54,992 nucleotides of DNA, taken from positions 1-54,992 of IMG/VR virus record IMGVR_UViG_3300012987_000011. One strand, written 5' to 3'. The translations under genes and the position numbers were made by a program. The notes under the pieces were generated by a model. That model was not told the origin of the DNA, did no database searches, and was given only the letters and a program-made list of their open reading frames with translations. Shown here piece after piece: positions 9,703 to 19,367 of the stretch; position 1 is the stretch's first letter; each line of letters begins with the position of its first letter. Origin of the DNA: a virus. Taxonomy: Duplodnaviria; Caudoviricetes.

Positions 9703-10311
9703 CTATTGGGTTGCGGGTTCCTGGCGATTCCCGGCTCGCTTGCTCTTGAACAGATCACGTCCTGCGTCAAGACTGCCGGTCTTACCGTCAGCTTCGGAGG
9801 GAACTCCCTGCTGACGAATGGGGCTGCGCCCCGGTGTTCCCGGCGTGGCCGGTGGGGTAGCGCCGCCGGTACCGACCGGCTTCAGGGTCTCGATGTCGGC
9901 TTTGATCTCGTCCTCGGTGTTCCCGCGGATGCGGTCCCACAGGACGGGGTCAAGCCCGGCTATCGCTGCCTCACGATACCGGATCTTGTCCGCCTCCAGG
10001 GCGGTGATCTTCTGGTCGCGCTCGGCGATGGCGGTGGCCTGGGTACTGACTCGCTCGGCGAGGGGCTGCTGTTCCTGCTCTTGAGCTTCCAGCTTCTTGC
10101 CCTTCTCGATGAGGTCTGCGTCGCGCTCCGCCTTCTCGCGGTACTCCCGCTTCACCCGAGCCTCAAAGCGATTGAAGTCTTCTTGGGTGAATGTCTTGCC
10201 GGAGTTGGGATCTGGCGGATTTTGTTCACCGGCTGGCGGTGTCGGGGTCGGAGTAGGGGTTGGACCCGGCGTCGGTGCTGGCTGTTCGGCTCCGCCTGCT
10301 GGCTGTGTCAT
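9703..10311 (-). CDS. Scaffolding protein
   Basis: ATG 10311 after GGAGG; 'KTFTQED', coiled coil, 'RIRGNTEDEIKAD' typical of actinophage scaffolds. Confidence 0.85.
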   Translation of the reverse strand: MTQPAGGAEQPAPTPGPTPTPTPTPPAGEQNPPDPNSGKTFTQEDFNRFEARVKREYREKAERDADLIEKGKKLEAQEQEQQPLAERVSTQATAIAERDQKITALEADKIRYREAAIAGLDPVLWDRIRGNTEDEIKADIETLKPVGTGGATPPATPGTPGRSPIRQQGVPSEADGKTGSLDAGRDLFKSKRAGNRQEPATQ

Positions 10312-10375
10312 TGCGGTGATTCCTCCGAGTGGAGTAGGTGCCCAGCAAACAAATTGCTGGTCGTGAACACCGCTA

Positions 10376-11008
10376 TTAGACCGCAGGTTCCTCCATGGCG
10401 GCAAGAGTCTCTGTCAGGTTGCCTGTCTTCTTGCGTTCGTGCTCGTCACGCCAGGTCTGAACGTATGCCGGTGGGATGTAAGGGTTTCCGTCACGACTGG
10501 CCACGGCGATGCACCGGCAGTCGTGGTTGTGCGATGGCATGTCCACATATTTGCCGTTGTACGCATGCGGATCGACGGTCAGCAAACGACAGAACGGGCA
10601 CGAGTCCTCGTTGGCGTCGCGCTCCCACTTCACCCGCTCCAGCTTCGCGTTGCCGATCACGGTCTGTCGGCCGCAGTCGAACACCATCCGCTGGAAGGCC
10701 CCGGCCATGTGCTCCACGGGGTCGGCCTCGCCGGCCAGCTTGTAGGCCCACGCCGAGGTGTAGTTGATCCGGCCCTCGCTCACCGGGAAGAACTCCCGGA
10801 CACGAAAGGGCTTGTCGGACAGGTTTTGATACCAGTCAGCGGTGAGGATCGAGGCGCGGTCAAGGGTGGGGGTGATCAGTGAGGGCAGGATCGACTGGAC
10901 ATACTCCGGTGAGTACAGCCCGAACACGCCGCGGATCTCGTCGGTGCCCTCACGGACCAGCGACATCAGCTTGCCGCGCAGGTCGTCGGCTTGCTTGCGA
11001 GTCGTCAA
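10376..11008 (-). CDS. MuF-like minor capsid / capsid maturation protein
   Basis: TTG start after GGGAGG; CPFC...HNHDCRC motifs. Confidence 0.8.
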   Translation of the reverse strand: MTTRKQADDLRGKLMSLVREGTDEIRGVFGLYSPEYVQSILPSLITPTLDRASILTADWYQNLSDKPFRVREFFPVSEGRINYTSAWAYKLAGEADPVEHMAGAFQRMVFDCGRQTVIGNAKLERVKWERDANEDSCPFCRLLTVDPHAYNGKYVDMPSHNHDCRCIAVASRDGNPYIPPAYVQTWRDEHERKKTGNLTETLAAMEEPAV

Positions 11009-11195
11009 TTCGGGCCTCCCTTCGCTCGGCGGCGTTCCTCGGGAACGCGTCGGGGTTGATTGGTTTCTGGAACAGCCACTGTTTGCAGTCGGCGCAGTAA
11101 ACCTGCGCGGCGACGGTGCGGAGGTACTGGCCACCGCGCCAGATGTGACGCTGTGGCTCCACCTCGTGGTTCAGGTGACGGCAGGCCTTACCCAT
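10950..11195 (-). CDS. Small hypothetical protein with CxxC (between portal and MuF-like gene)
   Basis: ATG overlaps the portal stop (TGATG) and fills an otherwise empty gap. Confidence 0.55.
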   Translation of the reverse strand: MGKACRHLNHEVEPQRHIWRGGQYLRTVAAQVYCADCKQWLFQKPINPDAFPRNAAERREARIDDSQASRRPARQADVAGP

Positions 11196-12751
11196 CAGCT
11201 ACTCGGACCCCCGCCGACGTTCGGGCGGCCCGGCTGGCCCCCTGTGGGCGCCGGTGTGGCCGCAGCCTTGGCCTTGGTGATGGCCACCTGCGTGTTGAGC
11301 TGGTTGGCGGCTTCACGGGCCATCTGGGCCTGCTCCTTGGCCTCCTGCTTGCGCCAGTCCTGCTCCAGGATCAGCTGGTCATGGTCGCTGATGTCCAGCC
11401 GGCGGTAGGTGACGCTGGAGTTGGGCGGCAGCACCTTCGCCGCGATCAGCTTCTGGGCCTCATCCGCCTGGGCCGCACGCGTCGGGATGGCCGGGTTGCG
11501 CCACAGTGGGCGGATGTTGCGGAGGTCGTCGGTGCTCACCGCGTCGGGGCCGTGCTTGCGCAGCAGGGCCAGTAGGGCGACCTCTTTCCAGCCGCGGTTG
11601 TAGCTCTGGATGCGACGCTCGGCCCGGCGCACCAGGCGGTACTCGCCCTTCAGGATCGCGTCACCGGAGGTGGGGTTGTCGGTGACGAACCCGAACATTT
11701 CCGCAGGCATGCCGGTCTGTCCGGACAGCATGATCGAGTAGGCCTTGATCTGCTCGATGTACGGGGTCGGCGGGGCCGGTCGCAGCTCGGTGATGGTGGG
11801 CCGGGGTGATGGTGCCGGGGAGTTGGGGTTGCCTTGCGGCGGAACGATGTTCAGGTGGCCCATGATGAGGGACCAGCCACGGCGCTTCTTCTCCGCCTCG
11901 GTCATATCGTCAGTGAAGCCCAGGGTCTCGGGGTCCACGTCCAGCAGGGCGCGCATCGGGGTGGTGTAGAACTCGCGGTTGACTTCCATGCCGAGCAGGG
12001 TGCGCACCGCGGCGTCGGTGTAGTAGCGGACGGCCCGCGTGATCTCGCTGCGGCCACCGACATCAGAGGCGCTGTCACGGGTGAGCAGCTGGGCCATCAT
12101 CACGCGGTTCATCTTGTGGTTGTCGACCGCGGTGACCTCCAGCTTGCCGCCCTTGATCGGGTCGGTCTCGAACAGCAGGGTCCGGTTCGGCATGTACAGC
12201 GACTGCATGATGCACTGGTTGCGGGCGTTGAACGTCTGCGAAATCCCTGCGATAGCACGACGTTTCCGGTAATCCCAGATGACGGTGGAGTGGTTGGGCG
12301 ACTCGCCGGTGATGATGACGTCGGGCTCGTCCTCGTCACCCTCGCCGACGGACACGAACCCCACGCCGGCAATCAGCGAGTCCGCGGTGGCGCGTGACGA
12401 CTCGATGCTGATGTCGTTGTCCTCGGCCACCTCATCCAGGCCACGGAGGTCACCGTTGGCGGCGGCCCAGCCGAGCATGTCGATGCGCTCCTCCAGCACG
12501 TCAACGACGGTTTCCGGCCACCCGCAGATGACCGGCACGTCGCGCAGCTGCGGGGGGATGGCGATGTCCAGCTGCTCCACCACCTGGCGGGTGCGGTAGT
12601 ACGAGTACTTGTCCTCGTTGTTCTTCCGAGCGACAGTGAGCTGCTTCTTCAGCTTGCCCAGTGTCAGCTTCTCGTCGGGAGTGAGATCCTTATCGTCCAC
12701 AAGGGTTTCGGCGTCACGAGGCCCCGATGCAACTGGCATGAATGTGGTCAT
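11195..12751 (-). CDS. Portal protein (SPP1 gp6-like)
   Basis: ATGA overlap with terminase stop; 'GWPETVVDVLEER', 'GRSEIT', 'NPTSGDAI' motifs. Confidence 0.92.
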   Translation of the reverse strand: MTTFMPVASGPRDAETLVDDKDLTPDEKLTLGKLKKQLTVARKNNEDKYSYYRTRQVVEQLDIAIPPQLRDVPVICGWPETVVDVLEERIDMLGWAAANGDLRGLDEVAEDNDISIESSRATADSLIAGVGFVSVGEGDEDEPDVIITGESPNHSTVIWDYRKRRAIAGISQTFNARNQCIMQSLYMPNRTLLFETDPIKGGKLEVTAVDNHKMNRVMMAQLLTRDSASDVGGRSEITRAVRYYTDAAVRTLLGMEVNREFYTTPMRALLDVDPETLGFTDDMTEAEKKRRGWSLIMGHLNIVPPQGNPNSPAPSPRPTITELRPAPPTPYIEQIKAYSIMLSGQTGMPAEMFGFVTDNPTSGDAILKGEYRLVRRAERRIQSYNRGWKEVALLALLRKHGPDAVSTDDLRNIRPLWRNPAIPTRAAQADEAQKLIAAKVLPPNSSVTYRRLDISDHDQLILEQDWRKQEAKEQAQMAREAANQLNTQVAITKAKAAATPAPTGGQPGRPNVGGGPSS

Positions 12752-14532
12752 ACGATCACGGCCTTCTTCCGAGTGACAGTTTGCTGGCCAAATCCCTTGG
12801 CGAGCGCGTCCAATCTGGCTGTCCACGCCATGACCCCGGCATATGCCGCGTCGATCTTATCCCACGACTCGGGGTATGCCTTGTAGATCAGGTAGCCAGT
12901 GGCAATCTTCCGGCGCCGGGCATTGAGAAAATGCCGGGTCATCGCCATACTTCCGTCATGACTGAACTCCCCCGTCGCTGGGGGTGGCAACCCCTGCCCG
13001 ACCTGCTTGTCGTAGAGCGTCCACGCCTCGCCGGAGGTGACGACAGCAACCCTGGTCCGCTCGACAAACTTGGAGACCAGAGCTGTTTTGCCCGACGGCC
13101 ACACCATGATGGGGTGGTCACCCGATGCTTTAAGCCAAAGCCGTCGCCCATACGCCGCTTCCCATTTCGAGATGAATTCCGTCCATCCGTTTGGGTCGGC
13201 GTAGAAGCCGATGACGTTCCACCGATCGAAAGCTGTGCGCACCGCGGTGTCGACTACGAGAACGGGAGGGGTCCAACCCTTTCCGTCGCGTCCCGACGGC
13301 TGCTCCCATACCCCGATCTCGAACATGTGCCCGGTGGCCACTTCACACCCGACGAGTGCTGTCGCATCGGCCTTACCGCGAGCGCGACCTTGAGAACCAT
13401 CGAAACCCAGCACTATGGCAGCACCATCGGCTGGTATCCCCCGGTCTGGACGGTAGCAAGCATGCCACTGGGGACTTGTTACCCACGAATCACTGTGGTG
13501 CGTGATCTGATTCAGAAAATCGCTGCGGCTCCGCTGGATGTCCTGCGCCGGGTCGTAGATCACGGACACGAGGCGGTCCAGATTCATGTGTCCCGCCGGG
13601 CAGGGCGGAGTGTGGATTACGCAACCACGCTTATCAGCACTGGCGTCCCCGTAGGCGAATCGCAATCCTTCTATGAGACTTGGTCTTTCATCCAAGTCGA
13701 GGAGTGGTGGCGCCTCCCGATGGTCGTAGAGGAGTGAGTTGTCGAGTGCCCGGCCCTCCTGGATGGACTGGGCGAAGTGCGCCGACTTCTCGGCCACGCT
13801 CTCGTCGCCGGGCATGAAGGCGTTGGGTGACTCCAGCACGGTGCCGCCCACCTTGGCGGCGTTGGCGCGGACGACGTCGGCCAGGTGGTGACCGCCGTTG
13901 GCCTCCACCCACTCCTCGGTCTGGTCCATGACGCAGAACAGGGCGCGGGCACCCTTCAGTGACCGGGCGCTGGAGGCCACCTTCTCGATGCGGCCGCGGG
14001 GTAGCTGGACGAACGTCTGGTTGACCAGCATGCCGGGCAGGTAGTCGTGGACCGGGGCCTCTTCGCGCAGCATCTCCAGCAGCGGCTCCCAGGTGTTCGC
14101 CGTCTGCTTGTCCGACACCGCACAGATGTGGACCAGCGGTGTGCGCGACTCGCTCCAGGGTCGCGCCACCGGCTGGCCCGCGGGGAGTGCCAGGCAGCTG
14201 TCACAGGCCTCGCCGTCCGGTCCCTTTGTGCACTTATCGGCATCGGTCCAGTGGTCGAATACGACCGGCCCGATGGCCTCCACGATGGCCAGCGCGGCCA
14301 GCAGGGGGGACTTACCCCAACCGCGGGGTCGGCACAGCACACCGCGCGCGTAGAGCCGCCGGCCCGTCTTGTCGATCGAGTACCAGCGCAGGATGAACTC
14401 CTCCTGCTCTCGATAGAGCACGAAGGGCTCGTAGTCGTGGCAGTCTGGCTTGGCCAGATTCTCGGCTATCCAGTCGATGACCTGATACCCGAGCGTGGGG
14501 ATCTCCCCGCGGACCGACGGCTTCCAGGGCAT
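12748..14532 (-). CDS. Terminase large subunit
   Basis: Walker A RPRGWGKS, Walker B-like VMDQ, nuclease LGFDGS...DATAL and KIDAA motifs. Confidence 0.95.
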   Translation of the reverse strand: MPWKPSVRGEIPTLGYQVIDWIAENLAKPDCHDYEPFVLYREQEEFILRWYSIDKTGRRLYARGVLCRPRGWGKSPLLAALAIVEAIGPVVFDHWTDADKCTKGPDGEACDSCLALPAGQPVARPWSESRTPLVHICAVSDKQTANTWEPLLEMLREEAPVHDYLPGMLVNQTFVQLPRGRIEKVASSARSLKGARALFCVMDQTEEWVEANGGHHLADVVRANAAKVGGTVLESPNAFMPGDESVAEKSAHFAQSIQEGRALDNSLLYDHREAPPLLDLDERPSLIEGLRFAYGDASADKRGCVIHTPPCPAGHMNLDRLVSVIYDPAQDIQRSRSDFLNQITHHSDSWVTSPQWHACYRPDRGIPADGAAIVLGFDGSQGRARGKADATALVGCEVATGHMFEIGVWEQPSGRDGKGWTPPVLVVDTAVRTAFDRWNVIGFYADPNGWTEFISKWEAAYGRRLWLKASGDHPIMVWPSGKTALVSKFVERTRVAVVTSGEAWTLYDKQVGQGLPPPATGEFSHDGSMAMTRHFLNARRRKIATGYLIYKAYPESWDKIDAAYAGVMAWTARLDALAKGFGQQTVTRKKAVIV

Positions 14533-14672
14533 TAGTTCTTCGGGTTCGGTTCCGCGTCGGGCGGCACGACACCGGACATCCCACTCGGGTCGGCGGCCGT
14601 GCCCTTCAGGTCTTCGACCTGCTCAGCGACGTCGTGCGCCTCGGGGTGTTCCTTGTCCTCGGGTGCGTTCAT
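14532..14672 (-). CDS. Small acidic hypothetical protein (46 aa)
   Basis: ATGA and TAATG overlaps with both neighbours; GGAG RBS. Confidence 0.55.
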   Translation of the reverse strand: MNAPEDKEHPEAHDVAEQVEDLKGTAADPSGMSGVVPPDAEPNPKN

Positions 14673-15166
14673 GATGCTGCTCCTCCTTTGACCGCGGTCA
14701 GGGGTCCGCGCCGGCTGCGCGAAGTGGTCCCCGCCGGGGGCTCCTTGCCCGCCCGTCGCCGCTCCTCGGCCTCGTCGGCAGCGACGATCGAGATGCGCTG
14801 CTTGAGCAGGTCGTCGGGGGTGACTCCGAACTGGCTGAATCGGATGCGCGCCTCGGCCGCCCACTTGGGCTCGGTGAGGCTGGCGTCATCGAGCATCACG
14901 GCCCGGCTGAGCAGATCCCACTGGGCCGCCTGGAGCCCGGCCATGATGGTGGGGAATTCGCCGAGATGCTTCCACAAGTCGAGGCTCTGTGGGTTCCAGG
15001 ACTCGCCGGTCATCGGGTTGATCGCGCCGACCAGATCCCAGATCTCCGGCTGCGGAACAGCCTGGGCGGTAACGGTTCTCATGCCCGCGCGGCGGTCGCC
15101 AGCGGCGCCGGCCCGTCCGTGTGAATGCCCGCTTAGTTGCTCGGGGTTCTTGGGCCTACGTGGCAT
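14669..15166 (-). CDS. Terminase small subunit
   Basis: MPRRPKNP... start at 15166; 'AAEARIRFSQFGVTPDD..K.RI' typical of actinophage TerS. Confidence 0.82.
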   Translation of the reverse strand: MPRRPKNPEQLSGHSHGRAGAAGDRRAGMRTVTAQAVPQPEIWDLVGAINPMTGESWNPQSLDLWKHLGEFPTIMAGLQAAQWDLLSRAVMLDDASLTEPKWAAEARIRFSQFGVTPDDLLKQRISIVAADEAEERRRAGKEPPAGTTSRSRRGPLTAVKGGAAS

Positions 15167-15173
15167 GACGACC

Positions 15174-15518
15174 TCACCATCTGAGTCCAGGGTGCCGCTC
15201 TGGCTGCAGTTTCCAGGCGTTTGCTCCCCGTTGGGCTTGCTCCTGCGTATGCACATTGTGACACGCCGAGCAAACGAGGCGGACTTTGCTGGGGTCGCTC
15301 GATACCTTCTTTGGTCCACCGGACTCGGTGACGCCGTCATCCACACCGGGCTCGCCGTAGTGGTCGTACTGGAGCTGGTGATCTCCCTGGCAAACATTAG
15401 GGATCTGGAGTTCGCACCAGTCCTCCCCGGTGGGGGAAGTCTGACGTGAGCGCGCCCTGATGAACTGCTTCACCCTTGCCGGAATGTGTGTACTCGGCCG
15501 GTTGCGCGCCCACGTCAT
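15174..15518 (-). CDS. HNH endonuclease (terminase-associated)
   Basis: C...C, DH, CSACH and C-terminal ERHPG; directly upstream of TerS. Confidence 0.78.
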   Translation of the reverse strand: MTWARNRPSTHIPARVKQFIRARSRQTSPTGEDWCELQIPNVCQGDHQLQYDHYGEPGVDDGVTESGGPKKVSSDPSKVRLVCSACHNVHTQEQAQRGANAWKLQPERHPGLRW

Positions 15519-15520
15519 AG

Positions 15521-16195
15521 CTACATGATTGCAATCCCTCGGGACCAACGCGAGCGGGTGCCGAAGTTGTGCGCCACCCGCCCGTCCTGGAGGACCGCGT
15601 CCTCGGGCCGGTGCTGGGCGACGCTCGGGATGCTGACGTCATGGTTCACGAGCGACGGGTTGGTGTAGCTGACCGGGATGGCCTGGCCCTTGCACCACTC
15701 GGTGATGGCCTCGTCTATCGGCTTGCGCAGGGGACTGTGCGCCGCCTCGCTGGCGTTCTCCAGCATGCCGCGCGGGCCGGTGAGCACGTCGGTACGGATG
15801 GCCACCGCGACGGCGTGCAGCAGCGTGGTGCTGACGATGAAGGGCTGCCCGGTGGCCACCGCGCGGGCCGCCTTGGCCTGCCACTGCGGCGGCCGCGCCT
15901 GGCCCAGGTAGAGCGACACCACAGGGCTCGGCGCGTTGTTCAGCGCGAACTCGGCCTGGTCCATGAAGCCGTCGCACAGGATCGCGTCGTCCTCCAGCAC
16001 CACTGACCACTCGTCCTCGCCGATCTCGGCGTCACGCCAGGCCAGCTCCTCCCAGGCACGGAGGTGGTTGTCGGTGCACCCGAACGTCCCACCGTCGGTG
16101 TAAATCATTGTGCCCATGGGGAGTTGGGAGAACAGGTTGGCCGACAGGTGACGCGGTCGCTGGTAGGTGGTGACGATGGAGTACTGGACGTTCAC
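15521..16195 (-). CDS. Glycosyltransferase (GT25-like)
   Basis: GCxxNHxxAW and VVLEDDA motifs; GTGA overlap with the methyltransferase. Confidence 0.8.
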   Translation of the reverse strand: MNVQYSIVTTYQRPRHLSANLFSQLPMGTMIYTDGGTFGCTDNHLRAWEELAWRDAEIGEDEWSVVLEDDAILCDGFMDQAEFALNNAPSPVVSLYLGQARPPQWQAKAARAVATGQPFIVSTTLLHAVAVAIRTDVLTGPRGMLENASEAAHSPLRKPIDEAITEWCKGQAIPVSYTNPSLVNHDVSIPSVAQHRPEDAVLQDGRVAHNFGTRSRWSRGIAIM

Positions 16196-16842
16196 CCGAA
16201 CAGCACCATCTGGCGGGGCTCCACCTCGTTCATGCGCGCCAGCACGTTGGTCAGCCCGAAGGGTGCGATCTCCAGGTTGACCGGGTGGCACCAGTACCCT
16301 GGCCGGCCGTCGTGACCCTCCTCGTCGTACTGAAACTCGTTGGAGGTCACCCACGGTGCGGTGGAGGCGGCCAGGTACTTCACGCCGGAGTCACGGAACA
16401 GCTGGACGATGCGCTGGTTCTGTGGGGTAGGCAGGTGGATCATCAGGTCGCGGCACCAGATCAGATCCACGTCGGGGATCTGCGGCCGGTCCAGGATGTT
16501 GACGCACTCGAATCGCACGTCCACCCCGTCGCCCCACACTCCGCCGAACTCGTCGTCGTTGATGGCGACCTGCTCGGGCTCCACATCCCAACCGATGTAC
16601 CGCTCCAGGCCGGAGATGTTGGTGTGCTGCATCCAGTTCCAGTCACCGCAGGGGATGTCGAGCATGCTCTTGATGCCGTAGTCCTTGATGATCTGTGGGA
16701 GCCAGGTGCGCACGTTCTGGGTCGCATCCAGGGTGGAGCCGGGGCCGTTCGGGGTTTCGACCCACTGCTTGAACTGCTGTCGGATCTGTGACCACGCGTG
16801 GGCCTGGGTCCGCTTGTCGAATATCATTTGTGCTGCCACCAT
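16192..16842 (-). CDS. Class I SAM-dependent methyltransferase
   Basis: 'GPGST', 'SMLDIPCGDWNW', 'YIGWD', 'DLIWCRDLMIHL'. Confidence 0.85.
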   Translation of the reverse strand: MVAAQMIFDKRTQAHAWSQIRQQFKQWVETPNGPGSTLDATQNVRTWLPQIIKDYGIKSMLDIPCGDWNWMQHTNISGLERYIGWDVEPEQVAINDDEFGGVWGDGVDVRFECVNILDRPQIPDVDLIWCRDLMIHLPTPQNQRIVQLFRDSGVKYLAASTAPWVTSNEFQYDEEGHDGRPGYWCHPVNLEIAPFGLTNVLARMNEVEPRQMVLFG

Positions 16843-17486
16843 GCCGTTCCATTGTCGGTGTACTTCTTGAACTCCGTGGTCACCTGGGGTCCGGTGACGA
16901 CCGCGATGTGTTCTGCCGCAGCCATATTGAAGAACACCATCTCATGCAGGGCGTCAGCTCGGGTGTTCGCCCACAGGTCGTTCATCTTCATGCAGAGGTT
17001 CATGATGGTCTCGCGGTCACCGCCGACCACCCCGCAGTTCAGCAGCTGGCGCTCAGAGTGGCGGCGCACCCACATGCTGACCTTCTTGGAGTGCTGCCTG
17101 ATCCACTCGCAGCCGACTTTCGTTGGCTCCCAGCCGGTGTAGAGCACGCCGGGTCGCATCTGCTCCCATGGCTCACGCAGCATGATGACGTCAGTGGCGT
17201 CGACCAGCCAGACGAACCGGACCTCGGGGTGGCGGCGCAGCCACTGCCATTGTGACAACCAGCGTTGTCGATATGCCACCTCGGGGGCCTCGATGCGCTC
17301 CCAGCTGAGTGCGGTATCCCTGGAGTTGAAGCAGTCGTGCAGCACCACCAGCTTGCCGTGGGTGGACAGGGACAGCTCGTCCAGCATGGTGACGTCCGGA
17401 GACAAGAACGTGCCGCGCTGCGGGTCGCGCTGGCCGGTGAAGAACGACGTCAATACAACATCTTTCGCGCTGCTGCGGTCACGCAT
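16824..17486 (-). CDS. Glycosyltransferase (GT-A fold)
   Basis: 'VWLVDATDV', 'LLNCGVVGG'; resembles mycobacteriophage virion glycosyltransferases. Confidence 0.72.
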   Translation of the reverse strand: MRDRSSAKDVVLTSFFTGQRDPQRGTFLSPDVTMLDELSLSTHGKLVVLHDCFNSRDTALSWERIEAPEVAYRQRWLSQWQWLRRHPEVRFVWLVDATDVIMLREPWEQMRPGVLYTGWEPTKVGCEWIRQHSKKVSMWVRRHSERQLLNCGVVGGDRETIMNLCMKMNDLWANTRADALHEMVFFNMAAAEHIAVVTGPQVTTEFKKYTDNGTAWWQHK

Positions 17487-18219
17487 GATAGTCCACGAAC
17501 TCCTTGGAGTTGGCGCGTTGGATGCGCAGGTTGGTGTTGCGCTCGATGAGGCGCTGGCGCTTCGCCCGTGACATGGCACTGAAGCTGCGGACCACCGCGC
17601 AGTGCTCGTCGCCGGCATAGATGCTGCCCGCCATCTGCGGGTTGTCCTGGTGCACAAAGCTGGTGAACCCCGCGTTGTGGATGCGCTGCGCCCACTCGGC
17701 GTGCTCCTCGAACCCCATGCCGAACACCGGATTGAGTCCGCCGACGGTCTCGATGACATCGCGGCGCACGTACTGGCAGCACCCCATCGACCACGTGTAG
17801 GCGACCAGGTTGGAGTCCCGGTACAGCTCGGCCATCTTGGCCACCGGCAGCCCGTTGTGGGCGAAGTGGGTCCAGCAGTAGGTGTAGTAGGGCTCCTCGC
17901 CTTCGATGTACGGCAGCCACCAGTTGCCGCGTCGCGGGGCGGTGTCGTCGTCCAGCAGGATCAGGTGCTCGACGCCCTGGTCCATCAGCGCCTCGATGCA
18001 GCGATTCTTGGCCGCTGGGATGCCCCGTGGCTGGTCGTGACGGATCAGGCGGGCACCGTGTGCCTGGGCGCCGGCCAGGGTGGCTGGCTGCTCGCTCCCG
18101 TCGTCCACCACCACGATGGGGACGCCCTGCGGGGTGTAGCGGACCAGGGCCGCGAGCGTGTCGCGCAGGACATCAGGGCGGTTGTGCGTTGTGACAGCAA
18201 CGCCAAAATTTGATGACAC
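17479..18219 (-). CDS. Glycosyltransferase family 2
   Basis: 'VTTHNRP', 'VVVDDGS', 'GIPAAKN', 'LLDDD', 'GFEE'; GTG at 18219 lies 6 nt after a TATGCT box (possibly leaderless). Confidence 0.9.
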   Translation of the reverse strand: MSSNFGVAVTTHNRPDVLRDTLAALVRYTPQGVPIVVVDDGSEQPATLAGAQAHGARLIRHDQPRGIPAAKNRCIEALMDQGVEHLILLDDDTAPRRGNWWLPYIEGEEPYYTYCWTHFAHNGLPVAKMAELYRDSNLVAYTWSMGCCQYVRRDVIETVGGLNPVFGMGFEEHAEWAQRIHNAGFTSFVHQDNPQMAGSIYAGDEHCAVVRSFSAMSRAKRQRLIERNTNLRIQRANSKEFVDYHA

Positions 18220-18362
18220 GGGGACAGCATATCTATTAGAGTGAGCGGGTGCGTCAAACTCGGTCAGCTGTTTTTGACACAGCAGGCAGCTGACAAGCAA
18301 GTGTCGTTCATGATGGTTACAGAGCTATCTCAGACCGGAGACGGCTACTGCGCACACAACAA

Positions 18363-18395
18363 CGCCCCCCGAGGTTGTAAGACACTCGGGGGGCG
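18363..18395 (-). terminator. Intrinsic terminator
   Basis: 11-bp stem CGCCCCCCGAG/CTCGGGGGGCG followed by TTGTTGT on the minus strand. Confidence 0.8.
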
Positions 18396-18402
18396 CTGTC
18401 GT

Positions 18403-18645
18403 TCATAGGGTGCGTTCCTCCAGTACCGCACCAGTCGAGTCGATGACCACCAGTCGGTGGCCGGTGCCCTTGAAGGCCAGCACCGCGGTGTCCACCGCAT
18501 CTCCCTGGTTGGTGTAGGACTCACCCCACAGCAGCTTCTTCTCGTTGCCGCCGGTCAGTCGGATGCGCCAGCGCTGCGGCCGGCCACCCTTTGTCTTGGT
18601 GTTCGGCCCCTGCCACACAAGGACTTTCAGCTTCTCCTTGCTCAT
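18403..18645 (-). CDS. DUF1508/YegP-like protein
   Basis: 'WRIRLTGGNEKKLLWGESYTNQGDA' fits the W-R-x-R-L...N...G-E-x-Y pattern. Confidence 0.7.
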   Translation of the reverse strand: MSKEKLKVLVWQGPNTKTKGGRPQRWRIRLTGGNEKKLLWGESYTNQGDAVDTAVLAFKGTGHRLVVIDSTGAVLEERTL

Positions 18646-19040
18646 TTGTTCACCCCCTTACTGTCGTAGGCGTTGATGATCTCCCTGATTTGTGGTGCTC
18701 GCCAGCCCGCGGGCTTGAGCAGCTTCCCGTCGTCGCGCCGCACGATCGGCCCCAACGATCCGTCCACCTTGGACAGGTTCGACCGTGCCACCTCGTCATA
18801 GATGGCAGTGGTCAACCGCGGTCCGAAGTAGGTGAGCATGGTGCCGTGCGAGACCACGATGATGTCGGCCAGGCCGTCGGCGATCTCCACCAGGTTGCCC
18901 TGGACCTCACCCGCGACGTACTCGTTGTACTCCTCGGCCAGGATCTTCACCCGCATCTTGCGCAGGGCCTCATCATTCATGTCCGCGCGGAACGGCTGCC
19001 CGCCTAGCTCCATGAACCGCTGGGTCGCATCGAGGATCAT
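18642..19040 (-). CDS. MazG-like / PRA-PH nucleotide pyrophosphohydrolase
   Basis: 'EEYNE...ADGLAD...SNLSK...RDDGKLLKP.GW'. Confidence 0.85.
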   Translation of the reverse strand: MILDATQRFMELGGQPFRADMNDEALRKMRVKILAEEYNEYVAGEVQGNLVEIADGLADIIVVSHGTMLTYFGPRLTTAIYDEVARSNLSKVDGSLGPIVRRDDGKLLKPAGWRAPQIREIINAYDSKGVNK

Positions 19041-19366
19041 GCTGCACACCCCCACGGTGCCGCCGGGGGCATCGCGGTGCCGTTGTCGATGACACACTGC
19101 GTCGGCAACCAGAACCCCATCGCGTTGGCGGAGTGCCAGAACGTGCCGTCGGCGTACCGTCGGCCGTCGCAGAACCCACCCCAACCACTGCCCACGCCGC
19201 CGCCGGGGCACCAGCCCAGTGCGGGGATCGGCATGTAGGGATCAAAGATGCTGTCCGCGTGCGCCTTCGGGGAGCTGACGGCCACCACGACGATCGTGGC
19301 AATCACCGCCAAGATGATGGTGACGAGTATCTTGCTCAGCACACTGAGTCGTGTCCACCAGGTCAT
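19037..19366 (-). CDS. Secreted or membrane protein, CDGP-domain-like
   Basis: N-terminal TM/signal ending in AHAD; 'WCPGGG...CDGRRYADGTFWH'. Confidence 0.7.
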   Translation of the reverse strand: MTWWTRLSVLSKILVTIILAVIATIVVVAVSSPKAHADSIFDPYMPIPALGWCPGGGVGSGWGGFCDGRRYADGTFWHSANAMGFWLPTQCVIDNGTAMPPAAPWGCAA

Positions 19367-19367
19367 G

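Noticed and set aside
14170-14250. Intein in the terminase
   Set aside because: Only a ~20-aa Cys-rich insertion; no intein splice motifs and overall length is normal
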